Positions 9,413 through 19,969 of a stretch of 64,000 bases of DNA are shown here, piece after piece. The notes beneath the pieces were generated by a model. It saw only the letters and a program-made list of their open reading frames with translations, was not told the origin of the DNA and did not search any database. The position numbers were made by a program, and so were the translations under genes. Source of the stretch: Candidatus Marinacidobacterales bacterium (lineage in GTDB: Bacteria > Acidobacteriota > Vicinamibacteria > Marinacidobacterales > SMYC01); contig OZ250169.1 of NCBI GenBank assembly GCA_965237955.1, forward strand, positions 2,976,001-3,040,000, in the 5' to 3' direction. The stretch's first letter is position 1. Each line of letters begins with the position of its first letter.

Positions 9413-10960
9413 GTGTACAAATGGATCATTGGACTGATTCTCGCAGCCGTGCCGGTCCAGGCACAGCCGAACCGGAAAGCCCTGTGGTTGACCCATCCTG
9501 CCGAGGCACCAGAAGCAGCCCGCATGGTGAGCCATAAGTTATCTGCTGGTCAGCTAGTCCAGGCCAGAAGCCAGCGTGACGGCCAGATCTCAGGCCGGAC
9601 CCACGAACGGATGGACCAGCACCACCAGGGGGTGCGTGTCGTTGGAGGACAGTTAGTCTCTCATCAGGATTCCGGAAGCGTCCTTTCGGTAACTGGGAAC
9701 TTCTACGAGAACATACAGCTTGATACAACACCGTCGCTAACTGAATCCGAAGCACAGGACATTGCCCTCAGAGGTGAGGATGAGGGTGCATTTGTGGTCG
9801 GGAGTGCTGAGCTTGTCGTACTTCCCCTCGAGGAGCGGTTTCACCTCGCCTACTCATTCCACGTACGCAGCCCCGGCGGGCTCTTCGCCGTGTACGTTGA
9901 CGCACACTCCGGCGCCATCGTGCTGCGCTACGACGACACCCGCACCCAGAGCGTCATTGGATTGGGAATCGGCACCTGGGGCGACGAGAAGAAGATTAGC
10001 GTTGAGATGTCTGGCGGAGAGTATAGAGCCGTTGACGTGCTCCGGCCATTCAATATCAGAACCTACAATGTGAAATTCGACTTCCGCGCATGGGCCAGAT
10101 TAAGAGCCCAGGGCCATTTCTACATTGCCAAGGACAGCGACAACGAGTGGAGAGATGGAGCGGTCGTAGACGCACACACCTACTCAGGCTACACCTACGA
10201 CTACTATTTCAAGAGGCATGGCCGCTATGGCATCGATGACCTTGGCACCGCAGCAGTAAATTTCGTTCACTTCATCCATGCTGGACCACACCGCTACGCC
10301 GGCAGTGCCTTCTATTATTTCCCAGATAACTCGATGAATTTCGGGGATGGGGACGGAGTGAATACAACCTTCTACTCAAGCGCACTGGATATAGTCGCGC
10401 ACGAACTGACCCACGGAGTGGTCCATTTCACATCGAGTCTGATCTACCTCAATGAATCGGGAGCGCTGAACGAGGCTTTCTGCGACATCATAGGAACCTC
10501 CGCGGAGTTCTTCTTCCAGCCTCCAGGAAACGGGCGTAATATGGCGGATTGGGTGGAAGGAGAGGACATTTTCATCAACTTTGGGCCGTACTTCCGGTCT
10601 TTCTCGGATCCAAGCAGTGCAGGGAGTTACTACCCTGATCACTACAGCAAGCGTTATACAGGAACCCTTGACCGCGGCGGTGTTCACATAAACTCAAGCA
10701 TCGCCAACCACGCCTTCTACCTGATGGTCGAGGGCGGCACCAACCGAACTTCAGGTATAGCGGTGAACGGGCTCGGACGCAGCCAGATGGACAGGATTGA
10801 AAGCGTCTTCTACCGGGCCTTCACTCTGTATCTCGTGCCGAGCTCGAACTTCTCCGACGCCAGGCGAGCGACGCTATTGGCTGCCAGGGAACTCTACGGG
10901 CAGGGCAGCCCAGAGGAACGGGTAGTTACAGCGGGATGGAACGCCGTAGGCGTGCAATGA
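9413..10960 (+). CDS. M4 family (thermolysin-like) metallopeptidase with propeptide
   Basis: GTG start after GGAG; signal peptide; HELTH, GALNEA and GVHINSSI motifs. Confidence 0.92.
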   Translation: MYKWIIGLILAAVPVQAQPNRKALWLTHPAEAPEAARMVSHKLSAGQLVQARSQRDGQISGRTHERMDQHHQGVRVVGGQLVSHQDSGSVLSVTGNFYENIQLDTTPSLTESEAQDIALRGEDEGAFVVGSAELVVLPLEERFHLAYSFHVRSPGGLFAVYVDAHSGAIVLRYDDTRTQSVIGLGIGTWGDEKKISVEMSGGEYRAVDVLRPFNIRTYNVKFDFRAWARLRAQGHFYIAKDSDNEWRDGAVVDAHTYSGYTYDYYFKRHGRYGIDDLGTAAVNFVHFIHAGPHRYAGSAFYYFPDNSMNFGDGDGVNTTFYSSALDIVAHELTHGVVHFTSSLIYLNESGALNEAFCDIIGTSAEFFFQPPGNGRNMADWVEGEDIFINFGPYFRSFSDPSSAGSYYPDHYSKRYTGTLDRGGVHINSSIANHAFYLMVEGGTNRTSGIAVNGLGRSQMDRIESVFYRAFTLYLVPSSNFSDARRATLLAARELYGQGSPEERVVTAGWNAVGVQ

Positions 10961-11721
10961 AGACAATCATGAAAAGACTAAGTGTGTTGCTGTTTACGGT
11001 TGCACCGATGCTCCCACTTATCGCGGGTGCTCAGGAGGCCCCCGAGGAGAATAAAGCCAAGAAGTTCCAGTTCCTGTTCAATGTGTACTACCAGTCGATG
11101 GTCCGGGATTTCAGTGAATCCACGAGCTTCACGAAGGACCTTGAGCAAGGCACTACTACCCGGTCGTACTCGGGAGGAGACGGCTCTTCGTTCGAGATGG
11201 GCGGGGCGTTTTCGCTGACGCCGAAGTTAGCGATCGTGACAAGCGTTGAAATCTTGTCTTCAGTCCATGAAGGCACCTTGGAGATCTCCTCTCCCCATCC
11301 CCTGCTGTTCAACCGGCCCCGAGAGACAAGCATGCCAGCCGATGCCCTCGACTACTACGAGTTCACCGTGCACGCAAATGTTACGTATAGGATTCCTGTG
11401 TCCAAGATGGAAATTGAACTCTTTGCCGGGCCAAGCATGTTCTTTCCAGAAATCGAATTAATTGACCAGGCAACAACCGACTCACAGTACCCGTTCGATG
11501 AACTGACAATCACATCCTCGAGGAATGTCACCCTGGAGGAGAGAGCCATCGGATTCAATGTAGGAGGAGGTGTGACCTACTACTTGACTGAGTCGCTAGG
11601 ACTCTCCTTCGTGACGAGATACAGCCGGGCCAGCCTGGAGGCCATGCGGGAGGGCGGGCAGCCGATCTCATTGGAGCTTGGAGGTTTACGGGTTGGAGGC
11701 GGTTTCAGATTGAGGTTTTAA
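10957..11721 (+). CDS. Outer-membrane beta-barrel protein
   Basis: ATGA overlap with the M4 stop; signal peptide; amphipathic strands; C-terminal ...GFRLRF. Confidence 0.8.
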   Translation: MKTIMKRLSVLLFTVAPMLPLIAGAQEAPEENKAKKFQFLFNVYYQSMVRDFSESTSFTKDLEQGTTTRSYSGGDGSSFEMGGAFSLTPKLAIVTSVEILSSVHEGTLEISSPHPLLFNRPRETSMPADALDYYEFTVHANVTYRIPVSKMEIELFAGPSMFFPEIELIDQATTDSQYPFDELTITSSRNVTLEERAIGFNVGGGVTYYLTESLGLSFVTRYSRASLEAMREGGQPISLELGGLRVGGGFRLRF

Positions 11722-11999
11722 GAGGCAAGCCGTTAAACGGTAATAATCAGGGGTGCGGCAGCCGCCAGTGGTGGATCTGTCCCTGTGCCTTCTATTTATT
11801 CATCCGCGCGCACCGAACTTGCTAAGCTGCTGATTTATGGTCTATTTCGAAAGATCCGAGTTTTGGCACAGGACGCGGTCCTAATCGACACCCCCTCAGA
11901 AGACTAGCCCTAAATTTGCGATTTCTCCTTTTTTCTCAATCCCTTACAGGCTTCAGGACGGGTACTAACTAACACTTGATTGCGGAACCACGTCACCCT

Positions 12000-12221
12000 T
12001 CAGAACCATCGCTTCACGAGATTCGCGATAAGCGTCAAGACGACCGATGCAAGGACCATCGACGTGATAGGGATGAACACGCGCGTGTTTTCTCCATGGT
12101 AGCGAATATCGCCCGGAAGTCGGCCGAACCAAGAAAACCCGCCGTAGTAGACGGCGACACCGACGGCGGCGAGCAGCACGCCAGCGCCAATGATCAGAAG
12201 GCCGAGTGATCGTGGCTCCAT
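12000..12221 (-). CDS. DUF2905 family small membrane protein
   Basis: WFGRLPGDIRY...VFIPITSM motif between two TM helices. Confidence 0.85.
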   Translation of the reverse strand: MEPRSLGLLIIGAGVLLAAVGVAVYYGGFSWFGRLPGDIRYHGENTRVFIPITSMVLASVVLTLIANLVKRWF

Positions 12222-12273
12222 CGTCTACCCGAACTCGGAGAGTCTCTCTGTCAGCAAATCGTAGAATCCGTCC

Positions 12274-12367
12274 TGTGCTCCGCAATAAAGAAGATTGGCC
12301 AGAAGCAGCCGAACATAGCAGGTCTAGAACGCGCAATCAACGCTGGATCGATTTTTTGCGGAGCACA
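12274..12367. mobile_element. 94-bp MITE with R5 termini (TGTGCTCCGCAA)
   Basis: TGTGCTCCGCAA ... TTGCGGAGCACA. Solo R5 ends with the same inner sequence end at 16279 and 27223. Confidence 0.7.
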
Positions 12368-12601
12368 CCAGTCGCAAACACAGAAACTATGCTGCTGGTT
12401 TATGGTCTATTTCAAAAGGGCCGAGTTTTGGCACAGGACTGGATCTGGTGAAGCGCGACAAACTGAGTTTGGACCTCCTCTGACGCAGACCTACCCGCCA
12501 GGTCCGCCCGTTGCGGACGCATTCCGGGCCGACTTCGAAGCTGAGAAGGAAAGGCTTGCGCGAGAGCTCGGGCCCGCGCCGCCCACCTAGGGTGGCCGTC
12601 G

Positions 12602-13360
12602 CTACCGACGAATGATCTGCTGCTTCAGGAGCGCGTCGACGGCGACGACGAGATTCTCGAAAGGCTGCTCCGTACTCGGCGCGGGTTGCAGCCGTCCTTC
12701 GCGATCGATTAGGTAGTTGGCGGGGTATCGCGCCGTCGTCTGATAAATCTCGGGGACGTCCCCCTCGATCGTCAGAAGGGGGTAGCTCACCGACAGGACG
12801 TTTTCTTCGAAGTTGAGCTGCGTTTCGAGGTCCTCTGTGGAGAGGCCGAAGACCATGAATCCCTGTTTCTTGCGTTCCTGATAGAGCTTGTCGAGACCCG
12901 GCATTTCCTTGCGGCACGGCGGACACCAGGTCGCCCAAACGTTTACGAGCACGACCTTTCCTCCATGCTCGTCGAGACGATGAGTGTTGCCGTGGATGTC
13001 CGCCGTCGAGAAAGGCGGCGCCTCGACGTCACTGAGCGCCAGATTCCGCGCCTGCGTAGCGCGCTCGACGACGCCTCGAATCGGAAGGAACACGAGACCG
13101 AGCGACAAAATGCCGAGCATCAGGCCCACCTTGCTCACGGTTGAGAAGGCTCCTTTGCGGTGGTCGGCGAGCGCGAGGACGAGAGTGATGATGCTCGGCA
13201 AGGCCATCGCGATCGCGACTATGGAGAGACGGAAGACGAAGTCGGCGTCCCTGTCGGCGCTCGCGCGCGTCAGGCTCCGATAGACGAACAGGCCAAGACC
13301 CGCTGCCGCAAAGGGCGACGCGACGCCGGCCCATAGAGTCCGAAAGTACAGCTTCGACAT
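12602..13360 (-). CDS. Membrane-anchored TlpA family disulfide reductase
   Basis: Three N-terminal TM segments; VNVWATWCPPC; YLIDREG. Confidence 0.88.
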   Translation of the reverse strand: MSKLYFRTLWAGVASPFAAAGLGLFVYRSLTRASADRDADFVFRLSIVAIAMALPSIITLVLALADHRKGAFSTVSKVGLMLGILSLGLVFLPIRGVVERATQARNLALSDVEAPPFSTADIHGNTHRLDEHGGKVVLVNVWATWCPPCRKEMPGLDKLYQERKKQGFMVFGLSTEDLETQLNFEENVLSVSYPLLTIEGDVPEIYQTTARYPANYLIDREGRLQPAPSTEQPFENLVVAVDALLKQQIIRR

Positions 13361-13637
13361 AACGAAGCCATTCTAGCGTGAGACGGTTCGGTAGCGTGCT
13401 AGGGTATTGTCAGGTGCTATCAAGTTGAGACGGCGACTGACACAATGAGCCGATGAACAGCCAGCCATCCCGCTACCACATTAATAAGGGGCAATGCCGT
13501 TCGCCGAATGATGGAGGCCAAAAGCGAGCGTGGCAGTAGCCGCGGGTTGGCTTTACAGGCGTGGCCTACCTTAAAGCGTTGCGACGAGGGCGCGTTGCTA
13601 GCCGGTCTTGAGTTCGTTTGTATTTTTGGACACGACG

Positions 13638-14007
13638 GCGATGAGCCTTCGGTGCCAAGCCAGAAGGGTTTCCGGTGTGACGATACCGGCGACTTCTGCC
13701 AAGAGTTTCCGGCCAAGCGCCTTACCCTTTACCGCGAGCCGACGTCGCTCGTCGTCTGTGAGACGAAGCTTCCTCCCGCAGAGCCGAGCTTTGAGGATTT
13801 TGTTCTCCTCGAGCAAGTAGACGATAGCGGCCTGATGGTCACGCTGGAGCCAACCAGCGATGGCGACGACCAACAAGGTCAAGGGCTGGACCGGCGTGCT
13901 CATGACCGAGGATTCTAGCTCCCATTGGCCAATCAAACGTAGATACGTCTATTCCGAAACGTCCCGGCGGGCCGGTCTTGAGTTCGTTTGTGTTTTTGGA
14001 CACGACG
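13638..14007 (-). mobile_element. Left end (R2: CGTCGTGTCCAAAAAYACAAACGAACTC) plus N-terminal fragment of an rve integrase, cut by a second R2
   Basis: MSTPVQPLTLLVVAIAGWLQRDHQAAIVYLLEENKILK...PETLLAWHRRLIA. R2 termini at 13637(-), 14007(-), 15652(+), 18042(+), 18249(-), 20077(+), 20292(-), 22914/23818(-, intron-split), 28031(+) and 28159(-). Confidence 0.85.
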
Positions 14008-14021
14008 CCCTACCGCAGTCC

Positions 14022-14453
14022 TCAGACTTGGAAGCTACCATGCTGGGCGCGACCCCGAACTAACTTTCGAATGTGTCGCTTGTCGTAGTATCGTCCGATA
14101 CCGATACCAGGACAGTGCTCTCGCGCCGTGTTCCACTGTGAACGAGTAGCGATTGGCGAGTCTTTGCCCGGCGTGAAGGGGAAGTTCCGGCACTGCGTCG
14201 GCCGCACGTCGTAGATCCCACAGCCCTTCGTTCTCGGATCCAGGAATACGCAGGTGCCCGAAGCCTCCGATAGAACGCGATGGTCGCCACGTTCCTCAAT
14301 CGCCCACGCAACCCCAGCCGTCTGCAACCGACCCACATCGCGCTTGCTCAAAAAGACGCCCTCGACGTCACCCTTGCCGAACATTGACTGTGAGCAGCAG
14401 TGACCGCAGTCTGGTTGGCACTCGAATCTCAAACCTTTCTTAATCCATCTCAT
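14022..14453 (-). CDS. YkgJ family cysteine-cluster protein
   Basis: GLRFECQPDCGHCC...CVFLD...CGIYDVRPTQCRNFPF...CPGIG. Confidence 0.85.
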   Translation of the reverse strand: MRWIKKGLRFECQPDCGHCCSQSMFGKGDVEGVFLSKRDVGRLQTAGVAWAIEERGDHRVLSEASGTCVFLDPRTKGCGIYDVRPTQCRNFPFTPGKDSPIATRSQWNTAREHCPGIGIGRYYDKRHIRKLVRGRAQHGSFQV

Positions 14454-14540
14454 TCCATGTACCGCGCAGTCGCCGCTCGGAGCTCCCGACTCGGACCCCT
14501 CATTCGTCCTCTTGCGCTCCGACTGGCATGAACAGCATCC

Positions 14541-14640
14541 AAATAACGAACCGGGGAGTTGCGGCCGGGGGCCGGGCAAAAGAGACAGACTACAGCTAAT
14601 GCAGTGCGCCCGGCCGTCAGCTTCAATGGCGCGTTAGAAT
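14541..14640 (-). other. attC-like integron recombination site (right half degenerate)
   Basis: On - strand: TTCTAAC overlapping the stop, GCGCCATTGAAGCTGAC, GGCCGGGC/GCCCGGCC inverted arms, GGCCGCAACT. A matching GTTAGAA lies upstream of the gene at 14974-14968. Confidence 0.7.
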
Positions 14641-14945
14641 GCCCCCTGCCACATGCCGTCGTCATATGACTCCATCGTGGTTTTTAGCCGCTCATAGAGA
14701 TGGTCGAGTTCCTTTTGGAGCTTCTTGTCATCCGTGTGATTTGCTTCCGCCGCGATGTAGCCAATTATCTCATCCAGATCATCCAGAGTCAGCTTAACGA
14801 TGAGTTTCTTACCTTTGACCACCGCCATCCGTAGAGGGCCAGTGACCTCGGGCCCACCCATAGCATGCTCCAGTATGAGACTCCTTTGCCGTGGTGTAAT
14901 GGCGACTTCAATGGGTTGGCCGTATTCGATCTTCTGTCGGTTCAT
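14634..14945 (-). CDS. Hypothetical protein (integron cassette gene)
   Basis: 103-aa ORF bracketed by the GTTAGAA and TTCTAAC core sites. Confidence 0.75.
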   Translation of the reverse strand: MNRQKIEYGQPIEVAITPRQRSLILEHAMGGPEVTGPLRMAVVKGKKLIVKLTLDDLDEIIGYIAAEANHTDDKKLQKELDHLYERLKTTMESYDDGMWQGAF

Positions 14946-15060
14946 GATTTGCTGAGACTTCGGGTCGTTCTAACGTTCTACCGCCTAAGTATTGTATCTG
15001 GCGCACGGGGAACCAGAAAGAGGTAGGCAGGTAACTCGCGTTACAGTGATTCCCATGGCG

Positions 15061-15110
15061 TGAACCGCCCCGGGTTTTCCAGGAGACTGTTTTAGTTGAG
15101 TCTCGCCATC
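15061..15110 (+). mobile_element. IS3 family terminal remnant (TGAACCGCCCCGGG)
   Basis: The same end occurs at 25951 (followed by the 3' end of IS3 orfB) and at 30723. Confidence 0.7.
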
Positions 15111-15241
15111 TATGTCGAATCCTAGAGGCGTTCTCAAAACTCGCGGAGACCAGCCGACGCGGCACTGGCTCTGCGATAGGCGACCCCGAGCAGACCTCTC
15201 CTGCAGACCATCCGTTTCGTCCAGCTGGCGCGCCCGAACTC

Positions 15242-15651
15242 CTATGCGGCGTCGCGGTGGTAATAGCTGAGCAAGCCGCCCAATCGCTTACGACATCGCA
15301 CCTTCCCGTGAGGACTGCCGACGCATTCTTCCGCTTCGAGCAACGCGTTCCCAAGCCCTTGATGGTTGCGCTCTCCGTGATAATGATGGATGAACTCAGC
15401 GACGGCACGGCGCAGCGATTGCTCACTGAAGAAGATCATCCGCTCCAAGCACTCGCTCTTGATCGACAAAACAAACCTTTCGACATAAGCGTTCAGATTC
15501 GGCGAACGGTGCGGCAGCCGAATGACGTCCGTTCCGGCGTGCTCGAGCAAATCGCGAAACTCTGTGGTGAACTTCTTGTCGCGGTCCAGGATGAGGAATC
15601 GCTTGCCGCGCAGAAAGCCGTCGAATGGGTCGGTGAGATTCCGACCGGCCT
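15242..15651 (-). pseudogene. rve-type integrase, C-terminal fragment
   Basis: SPNLNAYVERFVLSIKSECL...[13 protein letters not shown]...RLGGLLSYYHRDAA; cut by R2 at 15652. Confidence 0.85.
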
Positions 15652-16279
15652 CGTCGTGTCCAAAAATACAAACGAACTCTAAGACCCACGCGTCGGGCCG
15701 TCGCCGAGTTCATCTATCATTATTGTGGAGAGCTCAACCATCAAGGTGTGCCTTCTATTTATTCATCCGCGCGCACCGAACTTGATTAGTCTCCGGTCTG
15801 CCGGGACCATGCCGGCATGATTTCGTCGTTTGTTCGCGCTCTCGTCTCTGCCTTCAAGGCTCGTCGCGAGCTGGCTCTCGAGAATGTCGCTCTTCGGCAG
15901 CAGCTCGCCGTCTTCCGCCGTTCGGTGAAACGGACGCGGCTCTCGAATGTCGACCGCGAGTTTTGGGTGCTGTTGCGGGTACTTCCGCCATTAAAGTGTT
16001 GGTGAGATGACGCTAAGACTTTACGCTGCATTAAATTACAGCCGAAATAGCGCTCGCGACCTTCGCCGCGCGCTAAATGGAGCGTAAGCGGCTTTTTTGC
16101 AAAGGGATACGTACACATCACCAACAGCAAATAGCGCAAGCACCAAACAGTCGCACGAGCGAGCCTCTCCACGTTACCTAAGACGCCGGTGGCGTCGTCG
16201 GGTCAACCGGCACGAAGCAGCCGAGCATGGCAGGTCTAAACCGCGCAATCAACGCCGGATCGACTTTTTGCGGAGCACA

Positions 16280-16480
16280 GCTCTTGTGGACGTACTTGTC
16301 GGGCACAAATAGCCGCCGGATCCGCAAAGCGCTGAAACCACTGCTCGGTGAGGAGCACCTATCGAAGAGCGCGGTGTCTCGCATGGTTAGTCGTCTGAAG
16401 GTGTGCTTCGAAGAATGGCAGAACCGTGATCTCAGCGAGGAGGTCTATGCGATCGTTTACCTGGACGGCTTTCACCTCAT
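16280..16480 (+). pseudogene. IS256 family transposase internal fragment
   Basis: TYLSGTNSRRIRKAL...VYLDGFHL, similar to 45779-46540. Confidence 0.75.
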
Positions 16481-16659
16481 CTGGGGGCATTCAAGCCACC
16501 TTGTGCTGACGGTGCAGACGTCGGCGCTCGTTCAGGGTTTGCTGCTTGATTTTGTGGCTCATACGCAGGATGTTCGTTCCGCGACCGTAATACACGTCGG
16601 TCGTCGTTAGGTTGTTCAAACTCTCGTGGTAGCGAATACGAAAGCGGAGAGGGGGAGTT

Positions 16660-17075
16660 ATGAAGACACGCTGGGCGACGGGTAGCGATGTCGGGCCTGA
16701 TGTGCTCGAGCGGCTGCATTGCAGCCTAACGGTTGACATGATAATGACCCGTCGCGCCCGCTTGCAGGTCTGCCGGCCCGACGAGACCGCGCGTGCAGTC
16801 ATGGCCAGGAACATACACAATTTCAGTTTTCTGCCCGTGGTGGACGAGACCGGGCGCATCCTGGGCCTCTATCAGGCGGAGCGATGGTTCGGCAAGGAAG
16901 CGCCGCAACAGCTGATCGGCGATGATTTCGAACCGTTCTCCGAAGAGTTCGTGATCCGTGCCGACGCGAGCATCGTTGACTTCGTGACGAGGGCTGATCA
17001 ACGCCCGACGCGGCTCGTCGTCTCGGGTGTTCGGGTCGCCGGTCTAGTCAGCCTGTCGGACCTACAACAGCTTCC
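16660..17075 (+). pseudogene. CBS-domain protein truncated by R1
   Basis: LTVDMIMT...FLPVVDETGRILG...VAGLVSLSDLQQLP, then R1 at 17076. Confidence 0.7.
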
Positions 17076-17135
17076 CGTCCTGTGCCAAAACTCGGCCCTC
17101 TTGAAATAGACCACAAATCAGCAGCTTAGACGCCC

Positions 17136-17687
17136 TTGGAATCCGCCGACCCTTGGGCTGCGTGGCGAGCTACGGGCCTGTTCTTGGCCGGTTGCGGCGA
17201 TGGCGGCAGCAACAGCCCAACGCAATCGACTCCGCCACCGCCTCCGCCGATACCATCTGCTGTAGTTCAGGCTACGGGCAGCGGCACCATCACGATTCAC
17301 CCCAGCATTGATAGAAGATTCTTCTTCGCATTTAAGTATCCGATACGGGTTCGCGAGACTGGAGGAGGCACGGCAACGTGGAATTTCTTCCGTGTCTCGT
17401 TCTTCAACAACGCCAGAGAAGTAGAACGCTATGAATTGACTGCTAACGATATTAGGTCGGCAGGATATAGCGATATCGCCGCACGCTCAGATCAAACAAT
17501 TGAAATCACTGCACGATCCAACGTGAGAGCAGGGGGGTTTGACGACATCCAGCTTCTGACAGAATTCGCCGACAAGAAGGACGGAACCGTTCAGCAAAGC
17601 AATATAAGTTTGGGCAGCTTTGATGGTGTGCGCGTTTCTCTCACGCCTGCATTGCTGCCGGATGGGTTTACAATCGAACAGAAGTAA
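17136..17687 (+). CDS. Putative lipoprotein whose native N-terminus is replaced by repeat-derived sequence
   Basis: LFLAGC lipobox and Pro-rich linker. Bases up to about 17177 derive from the R1 inner module. Confidence 0.55.
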   Translation: MESADPWAAWRATGLFLAGCGDGGSNSPTQSTPPPPPPIPSAVVQATGSGTITIHPSIDRRFFFAFKYPIRVRETGGGTATWNFFRVSFFNNAREVERYELTANDIRSAGYSDIAARSDQTIEITARSNVRAGGFDDIQLLTEFADKKDGTVQQSNISLGSFDGVRVSLTPALLPDGFTIEQK

Positions 17688-18041
17688 CCGAGTGTAGACC
17701 CTTGCCTGTTGCTGGTGGCTCCGTTTTATGGATTTCAAACTGAGACACTACCGGCTCGTTGGAGGAGGCAGCAAGAAATCTGGACTCCCCCGCCATCCCC
17801 GTCCTGTGCCAAAACTCGGCCCAGCCGGCATCGACGAAAGAACTGCGCCTCTCGAAATCAGGCTAAAACTCTAGCATGCGAACAGGTTACGCGGCGGAGA
17901 TTCCGTAGAGAACTCGTTTCAGCAGAAGATCATTCACCTCACCGCCGTGGCTCACCGCCTCGTAGCAGCGAAGCGGAATCTCTCCTCCCTCGATGCTCCG
18001 AACCCGTGGCACACGGATCGGTACCCGCTGGCCGCCAAGCC

Positions 18042-18249
18042 CGTCCTGTCCAAAAACACAAACGAACTCAAGACTGGCGCGCCGGGACGTTTCGGATCAG
18101 AGACGTCTGAGGCTTGGTTGGCCAATGGAAGCTAGAATCCTCGGTCATGAGGAGGCAGAGCCAGCCCTGAACCTTGTTGGTCGTCGCCATCGCTGGCTGG
18201 CTCCAGCGTGACCAACAGGCCGCTACCGTTTGTGTTTTTGGACACGACG
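18042..18249. mobile_element. 208-bp MITE with R2 termini (internally deleted integrase element)
   Basis: Inverted R2 ends enclosing the first codons of the integrase (LVVAIAGWLQRDQQAA). Similar R2-R2 units at 20077-20292 and 28031-28159. Confidence 0.75.
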
Positions 18250-18484
18250 GGTTCCAGCTTGTACCGCCGTGTGCTGGTGCCCGCCACGGTCCACGGAGTC
18301 CGGGAACTCGCCTGGGTCTACACGGTCGAGGCGACCCGGATCAAACGGTGCCGGATCGTATCCGGCTGCTGGCCGAAGTAACACGCTCACTGTCCAGTAG
18401 AAAACACAGACACTGCTGATTTGTGGCCTATTTCAAAAGGGCCTAGTTTTGGCACAGGACGGGTGAATCCTCAATCCTGAATCC

Positions 18485-19969
18485 TCAATCCTTCCCCCGC
18501 GGCAACAAAGTCCGCGGGTTCTCCACCACCCCCACCGGGCGGCAGTTCGGGCAGTTGTCCGGACCATCGCCCAGCTCCGCGCGGGCGTCGTCGAGATACC
18601 CCGACAACCGCGCCACCACGTCGGGGTTTCCCGCCGCGACGTCGGTCGTCTCCCCGATGTCCGCTTCCAGATCGTAGAGCACCCCGTCTTTCGCGTCGAG
18701 CTTCCATTGCCCCGAGCGGACGGCCCGCAACTCGTAGCCCGCGTAGTAGTAGAACGCCTCGTGCGGCGACTGCGCGCCTTCCTCCCCGAGCAACAACGCC
18801 GAGATGTCCTTCCCGTCAATGATCCGCTCAGCCGGAGCCTGGCTCCCCGCCAGTCCGGCGAGGGTCGGCATCAGGTCCATCGTCGTGGCCATCTCGTCGA
18901 CGACCGTGCCCGCCGACACGTGGCCCGGCCACCACGCCAGCGTCGGCTCCCGCATGCCGCCCTCCCAGGTGCTGCCCTTGCCGCCGCGCAGCGGCGTGTT
19001 CACGGAGCCTCGGGATGCGCCGTTGTCCGAGGTGAACAGCACCAGCGTGTCGCCGGCCAGCTCCAGCTCCCGCAACGTGTCGAGGATTCGGCCCACGCTC
19101 CAGTCCACCTCCTCGATCTGGGCCCGCGTGCGCCGCTCGACCTCGAAGTCAAAGGGCTCCCGGATCACGCTGTCCCAGTCGATCTGCTCACCTTCCTGAA
19201 ACCCCAGAAACTCCCTCCGAGCGCCGCGCGGATGGTGGATGAACGCATGAGGTAGATACACGAAGAACGGCCCGTCTTTGTTGCGGCGAATGAAATCCAC
19301 CGCCGCGTCGGTGAACTGCTGGCAAAGCAGCCCCTGGTCCTCCATGTCCGCTATCCGGCCCACCACCTCGCCGTCGCGCATCAGCGGGAGTGGCGGGAAG
19401 TTCCATTTGTCGCTATCGCTGCTGAATCGCGGGTGTTTCGGCCACATGTCGTTCGAGTACGGAATGCCGTAGTACTCGTCGAACCCCTGAGCGGTAGGCA
19501 GGAACTCGGGTTGATCCCCGAGGTGCCACTTCCCGAAGCCCCCGGTCGCGTAGCCCGCCTCCCGCAATACCTCCGCGATGGTCACCTCCGACGGATGCAG
19601 CCCCCACCGGTCCCCCGGAAACAGTGTGGCGAACTGCGATCCCCACGCCAGTCCCACCCGTTTCGGATAGGAGCCGGTCAAAAGCGCCGCCCGCGACGGC
19701 GTACACAACGGAGCCGCCGCGTAGAACGACGTCAGCTTCATCCCCTCGGCCGCCATCCGGTCCAGGTGCGGCGTTCGATTCACCGTCGAGCCGAACGGTC
19801 CGATATCCCCGTAGCCCATGTCGTCGATGAAGATCACCACGAAGTTGGGAGGCCGCTCCGGCGCCGGCGCCACCCCGCAAGCGCCCATCACTCCAACCAC
19901 CAGCAGCAGTCCCCCCAGCATCTTTCTGAATCGCACGATCCTGACTCCACTGTTGTTCGTGATGCTCAC
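18485..19969 (-). CDS. Sulfatase (formylglycine-dependent, arylsulfatase-like)
   Basis: PNFVVIFIDDMGYGD, CTPSRAALLTG, GKWHLG and FTSDNG motifs; GGAGG RBS. Confidence 0.95.
   Translation of the reverse strand: MSITNNSGVRIVRFRKMLGGLLLVVGVMGACGVAPAPERPPNFVVIFIDDMGYGDIGPFGSTVNRTPHLDRMAAEGMKLTSFYAAAPLCTPSRAALLTGSYPKRVGLAWGSQFATLFPGDRWGLHPSEVTIAEVLREAGYATGGFGKWHLGDQPEFLPTAQGFDEYYGIPYSNDMWPKHPRFSSDSDKWNFPPLPLMRDGEVVGRIADMEDQGLLCQQFTDAAVDFIRRNKDGPFFVYLPHAFIHHPRGARREFLGFQEGEQIDWDSVIREPFDFEVERRTRAQIEEVDWSVGRILDTLRELELAGDTLVLFTSDNGASRGSVNTPLRGGKGSTWEGGMREPTLAWWPGHVSAGTVVDEMATTMDLMPTLAGLAGSQAPAERIIDGKDISALLLGEEGAQSPHEAFYYYAGYELRAVRSGQWKLDAKDGVLYDLEADIGETTDVAAGNPDVVARLSGYLDDARAELGDGPDNCPNCRPVGVVENPRTLLPRGKD

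Noticed and set aside
18465-18492. Four heptamers (G/C)AATCCT
   Set aside because: Short simple repeat overlapping the sulfatase stop; no evidence of function.
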